This document shows, one piece after another, positions 20,171-28,352 of a stretch of DNA of 44,004 bases. The DNA is from a virus. Taxonomy: Duplodnaviria; Heunggongvirae; Uroviricota; Caudoviricetes. The stretch's first letter is position 1; the number at the start of each line of letters is the position of its first letter. The stretch lies in the IMG/VR virus record IMGVR_UViG_2579778670_000004. The stretch is one strand, 5' to 3'. Made by a program: the position numbers and the translations under genes. Under the pieces are notes generated by a model. The model worked only from the letters and a program-made list of their open reading frames with translations, did no database searches and was not told where the DNA came from.

Positions 20171-20650
20171 CTACGCTTCTGAGATAGATTTCTCAGCATT
20201 CACCAATGGAAGTGATTGTGGAACATCCGTTTGACCTGCTGGCCAGCGGTAGCCTGTTACGCGGGAACGAGGAAAAGCTTTGATATTTACTTCATCTGCC
20301 TGGTTGCCCCCCAAAATCATTAAATCCCCGGCGGCATTTTTCCCGACAACAAAGCCGACGTGACCACCGCCAGACCGAGACAGAATAGCAATGCATCCAT
20401 AGGCGGGTTCCTTCAGTTCATTACCCCAATCGAGATAAGAATTCGCAGACTCAAAACGCGTTGAGCGAATACCCGCACGTTCCAGCATTGCCCCGGTGAA
20501 AGCAGCGCACCACGGTGTTTCGTCATCCTTAATGCCGCCGCGTTTGATATCTTTCCAGTACTGCACAATTTCTGCAGCATGTTGCTTCCCTTTCATTTCC
20601 CGAATGCCGAGGTTTTTTCGAGCCTCGATTAGCCATTTAGGATCCGTCAT
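20171..20650 (-). CDS. Endolysin-like peptidoglycan hydrolase (Cys-His peptidase type, CHAP/NlpC-P60-like)
   Basis: 159-aa ORF after two membrane-protein genes; candidate catalytic Cys (WCAAF) and His (GGHVGF). Confidence 0.5.
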   Translation of the reverse strand: MTDPKWLIEARKNLGIREMKGKQHAAEIVQYWKDIKRGGIKDDETPWCAAFTGAMLERAGIRSTRFESANSYLDWGNELKEPAYGCIAILSRSGGGHVGFVVGKNAAGDLMILGGNQADEVNIKAFPRSRVTGYRWPAGQTDVPQSLPLVNAEKSISEA

Positions 20651-20922
20651 TACCTGTCTCCTGTTATTTTTGAAATATTCCCTCGTGCCCGCCAGACAGC
20701 AATACAGATGGTGAGGTTGAGAAAGAACTCTGCGGGATCAACCTGCGTATATTTCCCGTAAAAAATTCGTAGGGCTATCCACGCAGCAGACAGAATCGCG
20801 AGGTAAGCAGTTAGTGAGATGAAAAAACGATAGCGGCCTGTTTTTTGAAAAAACATCAACCGTAGTGCCAACATCAGACAAATAATTGCATTGGCATTGA
20901 TGAGGACAGAGTGCAGGGTCAT
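20650..20922 (-). CDS. Holin-like small membrane protein
   Basis: 90-aa ORF with about three hydrophobic helices, between holin and endolysin. Confidence 0.45.
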   Translation of the reverse strand: MTLHSVLINANAIICLMLALRLMFFQKTGRYRFFISLTAYLAILSAAWIALRIFYGKYTQVDPAEFFLNLTICIAVWRARGNISKITGDR

Positions 20923-21305
20923 TATTTCATCCCCTTATCTGATTTCCATAAACGAGCTTGTGACATGATCCGCAACAGTGATGTAACGCTGATTACTGAT
21001 GCAACCAGTGCACCAATGGCGGGAGAGACTTTTACTGTTACGGGAGGGTTCAGGTGACTCAGCACCGCGTTCAGAATACCGGTAATGATGGCTGACGCTG
21101 TCTCAGCGCAATACACACCGCCAACAAACGAAATGAGTGCGAAAATAACCTGCTTCCAGAATCGATGCTGCCCGGACGACAACACATAGAGAGCTGCGCC
21201 TGCCAGCGCACAGATCATCACTGCAGGTGTTGCCTCAGGAAATAACGCAGCAAACGTCACCCCCGCCGAGCCAGCAGCAACGCCAGCGGTTAGAGGTTCA
21301 GACAT
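20922..21305 (-). CDS. Holin (putative)
   Basis: Multi-TM small protein; start set at the internal ATG 21303..21305, which has an AGGA Shine-Dalgarno, rather than the longer track ORF to 21386. Confidence 0.45.
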   Translation of the reverse strand: MSEPLTAGVAAGSAGVTFAALFPEATPAVMICALAGAALYVLSSGQHRFWKQVIFALISFVGGVYCAETASAIITGILNAVLSHLNPPVTVKVSPAIGALVASVISVTSLLRIMSQARLWKSDKGMK

Positions 21306-21320
21306 GATTTTTCCTGATTC

Positions 21321-21350
21321 AGAAACGACAAAACCCCGCCGTGGCGAGGT
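21321..21350 (-). terminator. Intrinsic terminator between Q-like gene and holin (tR'-like)
   Basis: On the minus strand CCTCGC-CACG-GCGGGG hairpin (21334..21349) followed by a U-rich tract. Confidence 0.4.
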
Positions 21351-21417
21351 TCTTAGAAATTTGGCAACATACCAAATTAGCGTCAAATATGGCCTATTTT
21401 GTTCGTTTTTGCAAGCA

Positions 21418-22089
21418 TTATACGCAAACGTCGTCTAAATGGTTCTGATAATGATGCAAAGTTGCAAGAAGTGCCACTTCATCAAGTGCTCTCACCGCCT
21501 CTTTCATTCCTACCCAGTGCAGGGAGTATGTTTCGCACCAGGTGGAACGAGAAACCGACAGCATTCCTGCTAGGGTAGATCCGGCCATCTCCTTAAAATC
21601 CTCGCGTTTATTTGCTGCTGCGACCGCCTGCACGGACAACCACACCAACGAAAGCAGGCGCTTAACTACTTTTCTCTGAGTTGACGCGGGGATGTTTCCT
21701 TTATAGCGACTCCAGACAGCCTCACAAATAGCTGTTTGGTGTTTGAATGCCAGGTTACCACCGTAGCAATAACGCAACCACGCTTGCTGACTTGCATCCA
21801 GCGAGTTCACAGAACGCCGCCAGGATGAATCAGCAAATTCAAAATCACTCATCGGCGGCGCGGGGCGACGTCTGCTGAAACTTTCCAGAGCGTAAACTGG
21901 CGTAACCAGAGCATCAACGGTCCGGTCCTCCAGCTGCACACGGTGAATATGTTTGCGTGGGTATGCGTTTTTGTCTGCCGGTGGGTGCTCACACAATGCT
22001 TCCAGTTGCCCCTTAGAACCACCAGACAAATCCCGCAATGCAGCGCGCAGTTTTATGCGGGTATATTCCAATAAATACTCGTTACTCAT
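21418..22089 (-). CDS. Putative late-gene antiterminator (Q-like)
   Basis: 223-aa ORF immediately upstream of the terminator and lysis genes; assignment by position, not by a recognised motif. Confidence 0.35.
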   Translation of the reverse strand: MSNEYLLEYTRIKLRAALRDLSGGSKGQLEALCEHPPADKNAYPRKHIHRVQLEDRTVDALVTPVYALESFSRRRPAPPMSDFEFADSSWRRSVNSLDASQQAWLRYCYGGNLAFKHQTAICEAVWSRYKGNIPASTQRKVVKRLLSLVWLSVQAVAAANKREDFKEMAGSTLAGMLSVSRSTWCETYSLHWVGMKEAVRALDEVALLATLHHYQNHLDDVCV

Positions 22090-22382
22090 CAGATAAACTC
22101 CTCATCGCGCCAGATAGCCAGTGTTCTGAAAACTCCCTCAGCGTGCATCAACAACAATGAGTCGTGCTCGTAATCCGTTTTTGTACGTCCGTCGATGGCA
22201 TCGTGACACGCACTGCAGGCGATAGCGCCCTGCATATCGTGAGGTTTGATGGCTGTGCCGCACGTTCCGGCGAGACGATAATGAGCCAGTACGCTGGTTT
22301 CAGGATTGTGATTGCACACACCGGGGATACGCACAGTACAAGCGCGACTGCGTGCAGCTTTTCTCAGGTCGATTTTTTTCAT
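22089..22382 (-). CDS. YbcO-like DUF1364 protein (putative nuclease)
   Basis: 97-aa ORF; motifs RIPGVCN.NPETSVLAH and IACSACHD.ID closely match E. coli prophage YbcO as remembered. Confidence 0.65.
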   Translation of the reverse strand: MKKIDLRKAARSRACTVRIPGVCNHNPETSVLAHYRLAGTCGTAIKPHDMQGAIACSACHDAIDGRTKTDYEHDSLLLMHAEGVFRTLAIWRDEEFI

Positions 22383-22975
22383 GATGTGTAATCCAGCAGC
22401 TGCGCGGCGGCATTTTCAGCGGCCTCCTGAGAGGCAAATGTGCGGAACAAAATATAATTCCACAGCACATCTAAAACGGCTGAATACAGTTGACCGAACT
22501 CAAGATCGTCCATCGCTGCAAACGAGATTGAACGAGGTACGCGCATCAAACTGCCGTCTGGCATCTGATGAACGTCATAAAACCCAGCTTCCATAATCGC
22601 CCATGCGCGAAACGCCTCGAACGACTTCACCGCACTGATACTCCCCGCGCGCTTTTCCGACTCATCGAGAAGATACTGATCAGCCAGCTCTGCCATGACA
22701 TCACCGTGTCCACCGTAATACGCCAGTAACTTAACGTAGCCGTGAACCAGTTCGCGCTCCGCAGGAGAAATAGCCCCTCCGGACGGATGCCAGTAATCAA
22801 AGCCCAGGTTGAGAAGTGAGAAAAATTTACGATGAAACGCGGGATTACGCGCCTGTTTGAAATCTGCATACACAACAGCACCTGGTTTGACTCGTTCAGT
22901 CAACCAGCGTTGCGTGTCTGGTGTCGCGGGTATTAGCGAACCGCCGGATACCCTGATAAATGAATGCTGCGCCAT
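22379..22975 (-). CDS. Conserved lambdoid nin-region protein (possibly DUF1367 family)
   Basis: 198-aa ORF coupled by a 4-bp overlap to the YbcO-like gene. Confidence 0.35.
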   Translation of the reverse strand: MAQHSFIRVSGGSLIPATPDTQRWLTERVKPGAVVYADFKQARNPAFHRKFFSLLNLGFDYWHPSGGAISPAERELVHGYVKLLAYYGGHGDVMAELADQYLLDESEKRAGSISAVKSFEAFRAWAIMEAGFYDVHQMPDGSLMRVPRSISFAAMDDLEFGQLYSAVLDVLWNYILFRTFASQEAAENAAAQLLDYTS

Positions 22976-23052
22976 GGTTAACTCCAGGTGGCGCGGCAGT
23001 GTTCAGAAAATGATGCCGGGTGTTCAATCCAGCACCGATATTATACCGTGTT

Positions 23053-23232
23053 TTACGCGTCAGGGGGTGTAATAGTATATCCAGCTATTTCTGCCAACTC
23101 GAGAAACGCCATCAGGCTGGCAATCCGCTCATCATCGGTCAGAACACGCACACCAACGATGTGTCCGTCCTTACGCTTGATAACAGCCCGGCATGTTTCC
23201 GGTAGTTCGCCTATAGATTCTTGAATATTCAT
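23053..23232 (-). CDS. Small protein downstream of a LexA box (putative SOS-inducible factor)
   Basis: Track ORF 23053..23253 begins at TTG; the in-frame ATG at 23230..23232 is the more likely start (59 aa). A consensus LexA box lies about 25 bp upstream. Confidence 0.35.
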   Translation of the reverse strand: MNIQESIGELPETCRAVIKRKDGHIVGVRVLTDDERIASLMAFLELAEIAGYTITPPDA

Positions 23233-23254
23233 GTCTTCCCCCCAATGCCACAAC

Positions 23255-23270
23255 CTGTATATTTATACAG
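23255..23270. promoter_or_regulatory. LexA (SOS) box CTGTATATTTATACAG
   Basis: Perfect CTGT-N8-ACAG with AT-rich spacer, palindromic, in the promoter region of the 23053..23232 gene. Confidence 0.6.
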
Positions 23271-23383
23271 TATTTTATGGCATTTGTCATAACGCCAAAT
23301 ACAATGAGGGAATAATGAACAATTATATTCACGTCGTGAATTTTATTAAACGGTTTTATAGGGGATTAAACCGTTTATGGTCA

Positions 23384-24025
23384 TTATTTATCACTCCTGT
23401 AAATTGGAATTAACCATTTTCTAATCGTCGACGCTGCAGGTGGGTCAGAGTATTTCGCCACAAAAATACCGGATATGTATTGCACGCCACGCGATAATGG
23501 CGCTGTCGGGTTTTCAGTAAAAAAACGATCAGCCAGTTCAATGGCTTCGCTTTTTAATCTGTGCTGTGGTCGTCCTCCGCCCTTTGTTCCCAGGTATCGC
23601 GCCAGTTGTTTGAAACGGTAGGCGATGATTAACGGTCGCATCATCATATTGAAAAAATCGCGGGCATCGTTGTCAGCGCCTTGCGCTATCAACAGTGCAA
23701 AAAACAGATACGGGATTATGTACACTTCAGGAGATATACGAACCCGTTCACAAGTTGGTGGAGCCAACTCAATAAGTAAGTCAGCCAGCGGATTCCCCTT
23801 TTCTCCACGTTTGTAATAGCGATACAGCGGCCCGATATCAAGTTCACTCACGTCGATTTCAGGATGCCCGGCAACGACTGTACGTATCTCTTCTGCCAGA
23901 GCGTCAAATATTGCCCCGGTCCGTTCAAGATAGAGCCTCCGGGTCGAACCGCGATCATCCAACGCCCGTAACATATCTAACCGGCTAACGAAAGTTTCAG
24001 GCCAGTCCTCATAGAAGGTTTTCAT
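23384..24025 (-). CDS. Hypothetical cargo protein (unknown function)
   Basis: Start placed at the Met with GAGGT Shine-Dalgarno (MKTFYEDW...), 213 aa; no recognisable motif. Followed on its strand by a 9-bp inverted repeat AAACGGTTT/AAACCGTTT at about 23,342..23,370. Confidence 0.45.
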   Translation of the reverse strand: MKTFYEDWPETFVSRLDMLRALDDRGSTRRLYLERTGAIFDALAEEIRTVVAGHPEIDVSELDIGPLYRYYKRGEKGNPLADLLIELAPPTCERVRISPEVYIIPYLFFALLIAQGADNDARDFFNMMMRPLIIAYRFKQLARYLGTKGGGRPQHRLKSEAIELADRFFTENPTAPLSRGVQYISGIFVAKYSDPPAASTIRKWLIPIYRSDK

Positions 24026-24268
24026 AATTACCTCGAATAATAAAAACTGCACTATTTGCACAATTTATTATTCGTTTTCACGCCGCTGAGTTCTATAAAA
24101 AAGAAAAAACCTCCGAGGCAGGGTTTTGTTATGGCTCGTTAAATCATCATCCAACTTTTTAGACTGAACGGTGATACTTGCAAATATTTGAAAATATGGG
24201 CTGGAACCCTATCTTATGATGTGCCTGGTAATTTATATTGTTGGGTCTTTATATCATGAGGAATCACT

Positions 24269-24502
24269 ATGGGTACGTTAGGCAACCAGCCGTGCAGAAG
24301 TCGTTATGAGTTCGATGATTTTAATTTAGCCAATCGAGCTGCGGCTCTTACTAAGTTAGCAAAAGAAACTGGTGTATCGGTGGATACCTTAATCAAACTT
24401 GAAATTGCTATGCAACTGAATCGGCTCAACTCCATCCTTATCGAAAACGGTGACAAGATGGACGAGAATCTGGCAGGTATTGGCGAGATACTGCAGAAGT
24501 GA
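24269..24502 (+). CDS. Small protein, possible degenerate HTH regulator
   Basis: 77-aa ORF with GAGGA Shine-Dalgarno; segment LAKETGVSVDTLIKLE resembles an XRE-type helix-turn-helix; followed by hairpin CCCCTC-TTCT-GAGGGG. Confidence 0.4.
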   Translation: MGTLGNQPCRSRYEFDDFNLANRAAALTKLAKETGVSVDTLIKLEIAMQLNRLNSILIENGDKMDENLAGIGEILQK

Positions 24503-24809
24503 GAGTAGCCCCTCTTCTGAGGGGTTGCACATTTAAAATATTAAGGGCGGTCTTCTTCACGTACACAGTCACCTGGTCGAATCGTTCACGCATACTGAGT
24601 ACAAAAAATCTCAACGATAAGATCAGGTTAGACCTGTATTTTCCAGAAACATATAGACGCCTAAAAAAACACTAAACTCATGATTATCATGTATGTTTTT
24701 ACTGGAAACATTGAACCATCCACAATACAGCGTAAAAAGCAAGCAATTCACAAGATTTTAAAGTGATTTATCTGGAAGACTTTACTACTAACAGTTAATA
24801 TCGTACCAG

Positions 24810-24828
24810 AAGTGCAGAATTTGCACTT
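24810..24828. promoter_or_regulatory. 19-bp perfect palindrome AAGTGCAGAATTTGCACTT (candidate operator)
   Basis: Perfect inverted repeat about 75 bp upstream of the metallopeptidase start codon. Confidence 0.4.
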
Positions 24829-24900
24829 TTACAGGAATGTGGTACGGAACATGCTGTCTATATTTCAACCAATAATCGTAATGCAGTAACTGGAGGAGCT

Positions 24901-25389
24901 ATGGCTACCAACCCAAGAGAGCACGCCCGGCGAGTGCTGGACACGTTCTGGTGCGGGCGTGGTTTCCCTGTTGATCCAGCGAAAATTGCTCACGACATGG
25001 GATTAGATGTTTTTATTACCGATCTTCCTGGGAAAGTTTCTGGCGCACTGATTAAACAAAAAGATCAAGATCCAGCGATCTTTCTAAACAGTGATGACAA
25101 CAAAGTTCGTCAACGTTTTTCATGTGGGCATGAGTTGGGGCATTACATCGCCCGGCAAGCATCGCATAGCGATGAATATGAGTACGTTGATTTACGTGGC
25201 GAAACCGCAAGCGCCGGAACGCATCCTGATGAAATTTTTGCAAACAAGTTCGCAGCAGAACTTCTGATGCCGGTAGATGAGGTCAGAAAACTGCACGCTG
25301 ACGGTCAACCAAGTTATATAATGGCGCATTATTTTGGCGTATCTGACGATGCGATGACTTATCGTTTAAAGAACTTGAGGTTGGGGTAA
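24901..25389 (+). CDS. ImmA/IrrE-family zinc metallopeptidase (HExxH)
   Basis: 162-aa ORF with HELGHY motif and overall ImmA/IrrE (COG2856-type) pattern; GGAGGA Shine-Dalgarno. Confidence 0.7.
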   Translation: MATNPREHARRVLDTFWCGRGFPVDPAKIAHDMGLDVFITDLPGKVSGALIKQKDQDPAIFLNSDDNKVRQRFSCGHELGHYIARQASHSDEYEYVDLRGETASAGTHPDEIFANKFAAELLMPVDEVRKLHADGQPSYIMAHYFGVSDDAMTYRLKNLRLG

Positions 25390-25398
25390 CGCTTTAAA

Positions 25399-26004
25399 AT
25401 GCCATCGGATGACGATTTTAACAGCCGTTTCAAACAGGAAGTAGCACGCAGACTGAAGGATTCCCTCAACCTACACCGTCAGTTAGCAGAAGAGGTTGAG
25501 CCGGAGGACGATGAAACTCCGGTTCAGTCTCCTGACGAAGCTTCACCTCAGCCAAAGGTTTCGCACGCCCCCAAAAAAACGGCTGTCCGTATTCGCGGAA
25601 TAGCCAGAAAAAGAGCTGCCGAAGCTCGCAAAATGGCTGTAGCTGCGTCTAGCAAAAGAATTCCAACTGCTACACCCTCTCAACAAGTCACCCGTACTGA
25701 GAGTAAAATCTTGACCGAGTTCACATCTGTGAAACAGGTGAATTCACTTGATACCGAGCATGAGCGCAAACAACTCAACAACAAAGATTTTGAAGCAGAA
25801 ATCGCTCTAAAAAAACGATACGGGAAATGGTTCCTGATTATCCTTGCTTTCCAACTTCTGATAATGAATGGTGTATTTATTGCCGACGGCGCAGGTAAGC
25901 TGGAATTTGAGGATTTAACACTACAGTTGTACATGGGCGGTACTTTGACAGAGGTATTCGGCCTCGTGCTGGTCGTGACAAAATACCTTTTTAAACGCAA
26001 GTAA
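25399..26004 (+). CDS. Membrane protein with charged N-terminal region and two C-terminal transmembrane helices
   Basis: 201-aa ORF 9 bp after the peptidase stop; about 140 aa Lys/Arg/Glu-rich, then FLIILAFQLLIMNGVFIA and TLTEVFGLVLVVTKYLF helices. Confidence 0.55.
   Translation: MPSDDDFNSRFKQEVARRLKDSLNLHRQLAEEVEPEDDETPVQSPDEASPQPKVSHAPKKTAVRIRGIARKRAAEARKMAVAASSKRIPTATPSQQVTRTESKILTEFTSVKQVNSLDTEHERKQLNNKDFEAEIALKKRYGKWFLIILAFQLLIMNGVFIADGAGKLEFEDLTLQLYMGGTLTEVFGLVLVVTKYLFKRK
25933..26004 (+). repeat. Direct repeat copy 1 (3' end of membrane-protein gene)
   Basis: About 72 bp, roughly 90 percent identical to 29354..29425. Confidence 0.7.
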
Positions 26005-26248
26005 CTCTCTCGGTCCAACAGTCTTTCGAAGGCCCTGATCAAAGGGCCTTGATAAATTAGCAGTGCGTTGAAAACAGATAGTTATTCCCATCAGTTCCAA
26101 CGTAATACACATCAAAAAAATCACCATTCTTTTGCTCTAACGTCAACACCTACCCTTAAAAAAATAATTCTCCAAGAATGAGAAAGTTATTGTGTGTATT
26201 AGATAAGATATGAGCTGACACATCTATGGCGTGGAGCCAAATTTAATA

Positions 26249-26282
26249 TGACAGTCCGCTCTGTGCCATAAGCGGACTGTCA
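26249..26282. other. Perfect 11-bp inverted repeat (TGACAGTCCGC / GCGGACTGTCA) with 12-nt loop; possible terminator or protein-binding site
   Basis: Seen directly in sequence, in the intergenic space downstream of both convergent genes. Confidence 0.4.
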
Positions 26283-26466
26283 ATAAACAGATTCACTTGT
26301 AAATCTTGAAGCTATACATATTTACTTTCAATGATAAATAAAAGAACTATCCAAAAATCACTGAGAGCATATTTTAACTAACCCTCCGCTACTATTAACA
26401 TAAATTTCACCCAACCATAATTAAATTGATACATATAGCAACTTACCTTGATACGAATCATCTGGG

Positions 26467-27165
26467 TTATATTTTTCCATATTTTTTTCCGTCAAATCGA
26501 ATCATGCCAGGATCAAGAAAATTAATTAAATCGATTAACGCGTGCTGTATTCTGATTAGCCTTTCTTTATAAATTCCGATATCTCTTGTCATATTTATCA
26601 CTTCATTGTTTAAATCTAAAAAAAATGGCTCATTGATAAAGCAATTTTCCTTTGTGAAACTGCCGTAACCTATGCAATCAAATCCAGTATCTGTTGATAT
26701 CAGCATCTTTTCTGCAATAGCTCTCTGCTCTCCTATGAAAAACATAAAATACTGACCAAAGACGTCTGTTTGGATTAATGAGTTAATATTGTTCTGTAAT
26801 CTAATAAACTCCCTCATTTTTTTATTTTTTTCTAGGCTAAGGTATTGAATGTCTATGCGGGCAGCTTCTGTCCATGCAAAAAACTGGGAAAAAAGAAAAA
26901 CAGTATTGTTGATAACATAATCTTGTTGGCGCTTATTCCCATTATGATAAAACTCTTCAATGAACCCCAATTCTAATATATTATAAATACGGCTTTGTAA
27001 GTCTGAAGCTGAGCGAATTAACGGTTCAATATAGTACTGATGTTTTCTCCTTACATCCAGTGATTCATTGAGCTTGTTTATTCTATTCTGATTATAAGTA
27101 GATATAGCAATAGAGATTATAGCTATTGCACCACTAATAAAGCTTGAAATTAATGCCGTACCCAT
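26467..27165 (-). CDS. Hypothetical protein with N-terminal transmembrane anchor (unknown function, AT-rich cargo)
   Basis: 232-aa ORF; N-terminal hydrophobic helix (ALISSFISGAIAIISIAIS); low-GC codon usage unlike the phage backbone. Confidence 0.5.
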   Translation of the reverse strand: MGTALISSFISGAIAIISIAISTYNQNRINKLNESLDVRRKHQYYIEPLIRSASDLQSRIYNILELGFIEEFYHNGNKRQQDYVINNTVFLFSQFFAWTEAARIDIQYLSLEKNKKMREFIRLQNNINSLIQTDVFGQYFMFFIGEQRAIAEKMLISTDTGFDCIGYGSFTKENCFINEPFFLDLNNEVINMTRDIGIYKERLIRIQHALIDLINFLDPGMIRFDGKKYGKI

Positions 27166-28352
27166 CTAAAAGTCCTTTGATTCTTGCTTGGTTAACAAAA
27201 TGACATAATTTTATTTAATGCCATAACAACTTAACAATATATCATAATATGATTATTATGGTGTAGCTTGTCGCATCTACGCTCCATTACAAACAGATGT
27301 AAGATATAACCTATATGTTTTAGCCAGCAAATTCGAAAGCATTCAAAGTAGTCTCATCGAACTCTCGAAACCCTATGTCTTCGGGTATAAAATATTTAAA
27401 TCCATTTGCATAATATCGACTCATGTTTATTATATTCTCCCCATTCACCATTAAGATTTGACATTATTTTCAACAATCGGTTATTGCAAGATTGAAATAT
27501 ATTTTTACTTGACACAATATTCCATGTAGCCCAGCGATTCGACTTACCCCCAACTATACGGACAATCTAAATTAAATCGATGATTTTTTGATACATTCTC
27601 CTCTCTCCATTACTTTATGTTTTTGTTCCCCAAAAATACCTTGCTCTCTAAAAAATAATTGTTCTTTAAGTTCAAAATCGAGATCTACATGAGCGTTAGA
27701 TACAAAGCTAATATGTTGAAATGTCTTTCCCCCCCCATAACGGCATTGTTATCTAAACTATGTTACACAAATATAATATTACCCTTTCAACGTAATCCAA
27801 GAATAAGATTAATGCCATTATATATATCATAAATATGATATTTTGTATATTTTTATCATTTAGCCTTGATTGTACTAGGTGTACTCTCAACGAAGTAGGG
27901 AAAGTCTGTTCCTCGCTCACAGCTGCCCTTCAGTAAGCGAAAAAATGCCTACTCGGTGCCATATACAGCCATTGTTATTAACAGCAGGGAATAATTCAAA
28001 ACTGAAATTAAATATCTACCTTTTACAGTAGAAATAGTTCCTCCAGGACACTATCCATTGCCGGGCACAATCACTCGGGGTATAACGATATAAAATATGT
28101 TCATGATAGTGCAGGTTCGTATATTAAGTTCAGCAGCGAAAACATGCCTTACAGGTTTCCGGTTTTGGGAGCGTCGTTACAGGATCCTGCGCATACCGTT
28201 CCCATCTGTTGAATTAAAGGTTTCACAGCCTTTGCCGATATCACCTTTTACCTTACCTGTGATGCGTTCAGTGCTCAGCGTTGTTTACTGTAGCTCTCGG
28301 GACTGATTACAGACCGCGTCTTAAAAACCAATCCTTACTCTAAAGGGAATTC

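Noticed and set aside
23231-23413. 60-aa plus-strand ORF overlapping the LexA box
   Set aside because: Overlaps the promoter and inverted-repeat region of flanking minus-strand genes and has no ribosome-binding site.
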